DNA of 20,000 nt. Origin: an uncultured virus (IMG/VR IMGVR_UViG_3300026430_000073). Taxonomy: Duplodnaviria > Heunggongvirae > Uroviricota > Caudoviricetes. Position 1 is the stretch's first letter, and each line of letters begins with the position of its first letter. Below, in pieces: positions 15,778-20,000 of the stretch. The notes under the pieces were generated by a model. It had not been told where the DNA came from, searched no databases, and saw only the letters and a program-made list of their open reading frames with translations. Where the stretch lies: the IMG/VR virus record IMGVR_UViG_3300026430_000073, positions 54,031-74,030 of that record. One strand, given 5' to 3'. A program made the position numbers and the translations under genes.

Positions 15778-16126
15778 ATCAGAGGACCAGCCGCGCATCC
15801 CGGACTCCCTCGCTGGCCGCCTGACTGTCTAAGGCAGCTGGTCCTCTGATCGTCTTATCACTGATGATCGCAAGACGTTAAACATGGCGTGAAACACTCT
15901 TGTGTTTGATATGCCTTAGGGCATCTCCAATAACCTCACCCTGGACTATTGGAGTATATGAGAGACTCTCTGACCCCTGGCCGGTGATTAGAGTTTCGAA
16001 GGGTACGGGGGACTCGTTAAGCACGCCAACGCTTCAAGGAGTACTCAAGTTGTTGCACGATGTTCGCGCTTGGCAGTTAATCGAAAAGTGCCTCACAAGT
16101 ATGGCTGAACCGTCCGAGACAGTACC
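15778..16126 (+). ncRNA. Candidate structured ncRNA locus 3 (14-bp perfect stem, hairpin series, hammerhead-like core); possibly truncated by the junction
   Basis: ATCAGAGGACCAGC 15778-91 / GCTGGTCCTCTGAT 15837-50; further stems ATGCC/GGCAT, CTCCAATA/TATTGGAG, GAGACTCT/AGAGTTTC, GGTAC/GTACC; preceded by GTATTATAT like locus 1. Confidence 0.55.
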
Positions 16127-17762
16127 AAATGATGAGTATGACGAGTTGGAGTTTAGATCAGACTCTGGCATAAAAAAGAATCTGGCATCAGACGAATTTG
16201 TGTTGTTGTCCTGCATTGTATACAAATACAACAAGAGACTTAAAAGACAGGAGAGAAGCTTGCTGATCACAAACAAGGCTATTTATAATATCAATAAACA
16301 GGAGTTTTTTGCAAACATAATTTCAGTGTTCAACTCAAGCTACGCGATTAGAAGAAGGATTGATATTGTAAATGTCGCATGCATCACGGTTAGTGAGCTC
16401 AGCTCCGAGTTTGTGATCCACGTGAGAGACGAATATGACTACAGATATGGGTCACCAGATAAAAGAGATCGAATTCTCTCTATGATTTGCAAAGCTTACT
16501 GCTTGAATGTCCGAAATAAACCCCTTCCCTTCTTTTTCAAGGATGATGTGAATTTGATCGATTACACAACAACTGAAGATGATAAGAAGAAAGGAGTCAT
16601 AAGAATGCCTAAAGATGGAGCAGCACTGATGGATGAAGTATCTCTCTACAAAAAAATCCAAGAGAACGCCAAAAAAAGAGAAAAGATGAAGGCAAATACC
16701 CAAGTCGTCTTTACAAAGAATCTGTCTGAAAACAGGGCAACCCTGGAAGACTTTGAAATTTTAAAAGTTCTTGGTAGAGGTGCATTCGGAAAAGTTATGT
16801 TGGTTCAAAAGAAAGATACAAAGCAAGTGTTTGCATTAAAATCAATGCACAAGGAAGAAATTATTGACAAGGATCAAATTGAGCACACGAAAACCGAGAG
16901 ATATGTCTTGGAAAAAAGCAAATGTCCATTCCTGGTCAGTTTAGAATACGCTTTCCAGACACCTGATAAAGTGTTTTTCGTTATGAAATTCATGAAGGGC
17001 GGAGAATTGTTCCAACATCTTCGAATTTCGAAAAGATTTGATGAAGAAAGAGCAAAGTTTTATGTGGCTGAGATTTTATTGGGCTTGGAATACCTTCATG
17101 AGCTTGGTGTGATTTATAGAGATTTAAAACCTGAGAATATTTTAATGGACGAAGATGGTCATCTTGTCATTACTGACTTTGGTATGGCAAAACAATTAAA
17201 AGATGGAGAATTGACTCATTCTTTTGTGGGAACTCCTGAATATCTCTCACCAGAGATGGTTAGAGGAGAAGGACATTCTCAGCCAGCAGATTGGTGGGCT
17301 CTCGGGATTTTAGCTTTTGAAATGTTGACAGGATTACCACCATTTTATAACAGAGAACAAAATACTCAGAAGGTGTTTAATGCTATCAGAGAGAAAGAAA
17401 TTGTATTCCCTGCTAAGGTGAATATCTCTGCTGATGGAAAAGATTTTATTACTAAATTATTGAAAAAGAAGCCAGAAGAGAGATTAGGTTTTAAGGGAGC
17501 ACAAGAGATTAAAGCTCATAAATGGTTTAGCAATGTGAACTGGAACCTTTTGGGTGAAAAGAAAGTCACACCACCTTTTAAACCAAAGGTTACTGGAGAT
17601 TATGATGTTGAGAATTTCGATTCTGAATTCACAAAAGAAGAGGCTTACAATTCTGTGAGACATAATGCAAACATGAAACTTGTCAACAAATATCAAAAAG
17701 AATTCAAAGACTTTACTTATGTTCCAGGAAAAGGAATGTTGAATGAAGGAAAACAGCATTAA
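16101..17762 (+). CDS. Eukaryotic AGC-family Ser/Thr protein kinase (SGK/AKT/S6K-like) with an N-terminal myosin TH1/PH-like domain; 5' end uncertain because of the junction
   Basis: GRGAFGKV, ALK, YRDLKPEN, DFG, GTPEYLSPE and DWWALG; AGC C-tail PPFKP...NFDSEFT and hydrophobic motif FKDFTY; N-terminal K..QERSLLITNKAIYN resembles TH1/PH; AT-rich codons. Confidence 0.93.
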   Translation: MAEPSETVPNDEYDELEFRSDSGIKKNLASDEFVLLSCIVYKYNKRLKRQERSLLITNKAIYNINKQEFFANIISVFNSSYAIRRRIDIVNVACITVSELSSEFVIHVRDEYDYRYGSPDKRDRILSMICKAYCLNVRNKPLPFFFKDDVNLIDYTTTEDDKKKGVIRMPKDGAALMDEVSLYKKIQENAKKREKMKANTQVVFTKNLSENRATLEDFEILKVLGRGAFGKVMLVQKKDTKQVFALKSMHKEEIIDKDQIEHTKTERYVLEKSKCPFLVSLEYAFQTPDKVFFVMKFMKGGELFQHLRISKRFDEERAKFYVAEILLGLEYLHELGVIYRDLKPENILMDEDGHLVITDFGMAKQLKDGELTHSFVGTPEYLSPEMVRGEGHSQPADWWALGILAFEMLTGLPPFYNREQNTQKVFNAIREKEIVFPAKVNISADGKDFITKLLKKKPEERLGFKGAQEIKAHKWFSNVNWNLLGEKKVTPPFKPKVTGDYDVENFDSEFTKEEAYNSVRHNANMKLVNKYQKEFKDFTYVPGKGMLNEGKQH

Positions 17763-17944
17763 TATTTTAAAGATTTATTTATTTATTTTGTTTGCTTTAA
17801 GTTGAGTTGGTGATTTTAATAAGATATCAGATTACATAATGATGATTTATATATACATACTTTGAATCTGATAAAATCATTGTTACTTAATGATAATATA
17901 CATACTTATAATTATTATGATTGTTCAATTTGGTTACAAGAAAA

Positions 17945-19972
17945 TTATTGAAGATTGTAAGCAGGTGGGGGTGGGAGAAAATCTGGATTCCCAGTTGTGA
18001 CATAATTAATATACCTTTCAAGATTCTTCTTACTCTCATCTTGTCTGAGATAATTTGGTAAAACGAAAGCATAGAAAGTGCTGATTCTATTTTTGGTTTT
18101 CCCGATGCGAGAAATTAAACGAAGATTTTCTTTTTCTTGGCTTTTAACAAGTGTAAAAAGAGCTAAGATTGCAACGATTGAAAATATTGTCATGAAGCCA
18201 TTAAACCAAATAAACAAAAGAACTCCGATCTCACTGCTCAGGATAGTTGAAATATAGACGATCAAGTTTAACAATGCAGAAATAATTCCCACAATAATTG
18301 CTGCAGCTGTTTGTCCAACAATTCTTTTAATGACAGCTTCATCACTTTTGATGACTTGTTGATGGTGTCGAATATATTCGGGATCATCCATTAATCTCTT
18401 TATATAGAGTTCACTGAGAGAGCTCGATTCATGAAGAGTTTTATCGTTGTCTGCAAATTTCTGAAAGACTGTCTTTTTCTTGAGTCTTTCAATGCCTCTT
18501 TTTAACTCGATTTTTTCTTCTTCTTCTGTGATAGAGGCCTGGATTTGTCTTTCATGATCTTCTTCTTCATCAGGGACATCCCATACAAATCCTTCAGTAT
18601 CAGTGATAATGATAGAAGCATCAACATCCAATTCTTCATCAAGTTGCTTTTTGACGACGGGTTTAAAATAGTATTGATCCCGACTGACTATGTCCCTGAT
18701 TTTCTTTTCTCTGAGGAAATCAGCTCCACTTCCATGGAATGTGACGGCTCTTGTGAGTTTGGGTTCAAAGAGAACAGGCTCTCTGAACTCAAGATCCTGC
18801 CTGACTTTTTGGATTTTTCGAATTTGTTTTTCAGTTTGAAGGATATCCTCATGGTCTTGAAATACAAATCCGTGTTTATTTTCTTCTTCGAGGTCTTGAA
18901 TTTTTTGGTCCATCTCGGCTTGAAGAGACTCTTCAAGGATGATTGGTTGGGAGATTTTTTTGAAATGGATATGCTTAGACTTTGGAGGACAAGAACGAAG
19001 CTTTTGAAACATTGGCTGCTCAGAAGGAAGATCCTCAATGAGATCGCTTGGCTCCTCAATTGGAGATCGATTTCCGGCAGTGCTCTTGGCTCTCTTTTTA
19101 ACCGCTGTAACGACATTGCTTAATGATGACCTTGAGCTTGAGGAATTATAGTTGCTATCTTGATTCATTTTTAATTGATTCAAGGTTGGTGCTGCTGATG
19201 CCATCATTTTATCAGGATTTGGGCTTAAGGCAGTGAAAGCTTTTTCCTGAGCTTTAATACATTTATAAAGATGATAACCATAAAATGTGAGGCCGAGGAT
19301 GAAGAAAGCGTTTATGATAAATATGAGGACGCTGAGGATCAGATTCGGGTATCGAAAGTCGTCGTTTCTGAATCCTTTAGTTACGCTAACAAATGTCTGA
19401 GCCACCATAATAAAGACAACACCAACGAGAATGAGCGGTTTGATTGCCCTCGATTGATACTTTTTTTGACTGGGATCTCGAATTGTAAGCTCTAAATAGA
19501 TTGTATACCAAACTCCAAAGACAACGGCATAGATCATACTCATGAAAGTATATGAGACTTCAAACAAGAATCGTTCCACAGACGGGTTGAATACATTGTC
19601 ATAGTCGAAAGGGTCGATGGCAAGCCAGAGAATTTGAGTCATACAGATTAAGATGATTATGCGCATGAGCAAGTTCAAGGGAGACCACATCGTAATAAAG
19701 AAGATATATCTTTTCTTTTTACCAAAGTTTCTGCTTTCTTTGCGGATTTTCATAGCAAGTCTGAATATCACAAAAGCAGCAAGAAAGGAATAAATAATCA
19801 GGAAAGTGACTCGAAAACTATAGAAACCCCCAGGCCATTCTTTCGCTAGATTAGTCAGACAGTGATCACCAAACCATCCTTCATCGCATTGGCAATAAGA
19901 TTCATCAACGCAAAAACCTTTATCATTGCAATCACTCTGTGTCGTGCATGCATTGTTGCCATCATCTGACAT
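17945..19972 (-). CDS. Eukaryotic EGF-like-domain, 7-transmembrane (GPCR-like / TOM1-like) protein with a long third cytoplasmic loop
   Basis: N-terminal CNDKGFC..CQCDEGWFGDHC; five TM helices, a ~310-aa hydrophilic loop, two more TM helices; C-terminal PPAY; intronless, AT-rich. Confidence 0.8.
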   Translation of the reverse strand: MSDDGNNACTTQSDCNDKGFCVDESYCQCDEGWFGDHCLTNLAKEWPGGFYSFRVTFLIIYSFLAAFVIFRLAMKIRKESRNFGKKKRYIFFITMWSPLNLLMRIIILICMTQILWLAIDPFDYDNVFNPSVERFLFEVSYTFMSMIYAVVFGVWYTIYLELTIRDPSQKKYQSRAIKPLILVGVVFIMVAQTFVSVTKGFRNDDFRYPNLILSVLIFIINAFFILGLTFYGYHLYKCIKAQEKAFTALSPNPDKMMASAAPTLNQLKMNQDSNYNSSSSRSSLSNVVTAVKKRAKSTAGNRSPIEEPSDLIEDLPSEQPMFQKLRSCPPKSKHIHFKKISQPIILEESLQAEMDQKIQDLEEENKHGFVFQDHEDILQTEKQIRKIQKVRQDLEFREPVLFEPKLTRAVTFHGSGADFLREKKIRDIVSRDQYYFKPVVKKQLDEELDVDASIIITDTEGFVWDVPDEEEDHERQIQASITEEEEKIELKRGIERLKKKTVFQKFADNDKTLHESSSLSELYIKRLMDDPEYIRHHQQVIKSDEAVIKRIVGQTAAAIIVGIISALLNLIVYISTILSSEIGVLLFIWFNGFMTIFSIVAILALFTLVKSQEKENLRLISRIGKTKNRISTFYAFVLPNYLRQDESKKNLERYINYVTTGNPDFLPPPPAYNLQ

Positions 19973-20000
19973 TTTCTTTTGGTTTGAAACAAGAGTTTAA

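Larger units (their letters stand above)
1..16125. mobile_element. Jumbo bacteriophage genome segment, phiKZ-like (Chimalliviridae-like); right boundary approximate
   Basis: Dense, mostly co-oriented short ORFs with SD motifs (GGAGGT, AGGA). Contains a spanin pair, DUF1353, a head-protein-like ORF with S/A/G-X-E motifs, an SF2 helicase and a gp68-like ORF. Recurrent hairpins followed by TATGC(C/T)G. No bacterial housekeeping genes. Confidence 0.8.

Noticed and set aside
15900..16100. N-terminal 67 aa of the 620-aa kinase ORF as a genuine phage-kinase fusion
   Set aside because: TTG start within a hairpin-rich, higher-GC region with no SD; most likely chance open frame across the junction
12941..16126. 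tRNA, tmRNA or CRISPR interpretation of the long intergenic regions
   Set aside because: No cloverleaf with a TTCRA T-loop and matching acceptor stem, no tmRNA ends, and no regularly spaced direct repeats
18545..19495. Overlapping ORFs within the 7TM gene (18545..19123, 18688..19116, 19271..19495)
   Set aside because: Alternate-frame or antisense shadows in a low-complexity AT-rich coding region

Overview
The window joins two unrelated segments. Positions 1 to about 16,125 are a GC-moderate, densely coded jumbo-phage segment that looks phiKZ-like (Chimalliviridae-like). It holds small membrane and hypothetical ORFs, an i-spanin/o-spanin pair, a DUF1353 protein, a degenerate GIY-YIG ORF, a probable head/inner-body protein and an 1159-aa SF2/SNF2-type helicase with a long modular C-terminal extension. 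It also holds an HD hydrolase, a probable paralog of the phiKZ gp68 nvRNAP specificity subunit, a GNAT acetyltransferase and a P-loop ORF, with repeated promoter-like motifs and many stem-loops. From about 16,125 to 20,000 the DNA is AT-rich and eukaryotic (protist-like, intronless): an AGC-family Ser/Thr kinase and a convergent EGF-plus-7TM protein. This is most likely a chimeric junction. The best leads are (i) three 270-350 nt intergenic loci, each following a TAT-rich promoter-like motif and made almost entirely of stacked hairpins (candidate phage ncRNA cluster; one contains a hammerhead-like core), (ii) a helicase / ADP-ribosyltransferase-like / head-protein 'polyprotein' with prohead-protease-like S/A/G-X-E sites in the linkers, and (iii) the stand-alone gp68-like factor. 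All family calls come from motif recognition by eye; no database search was run.
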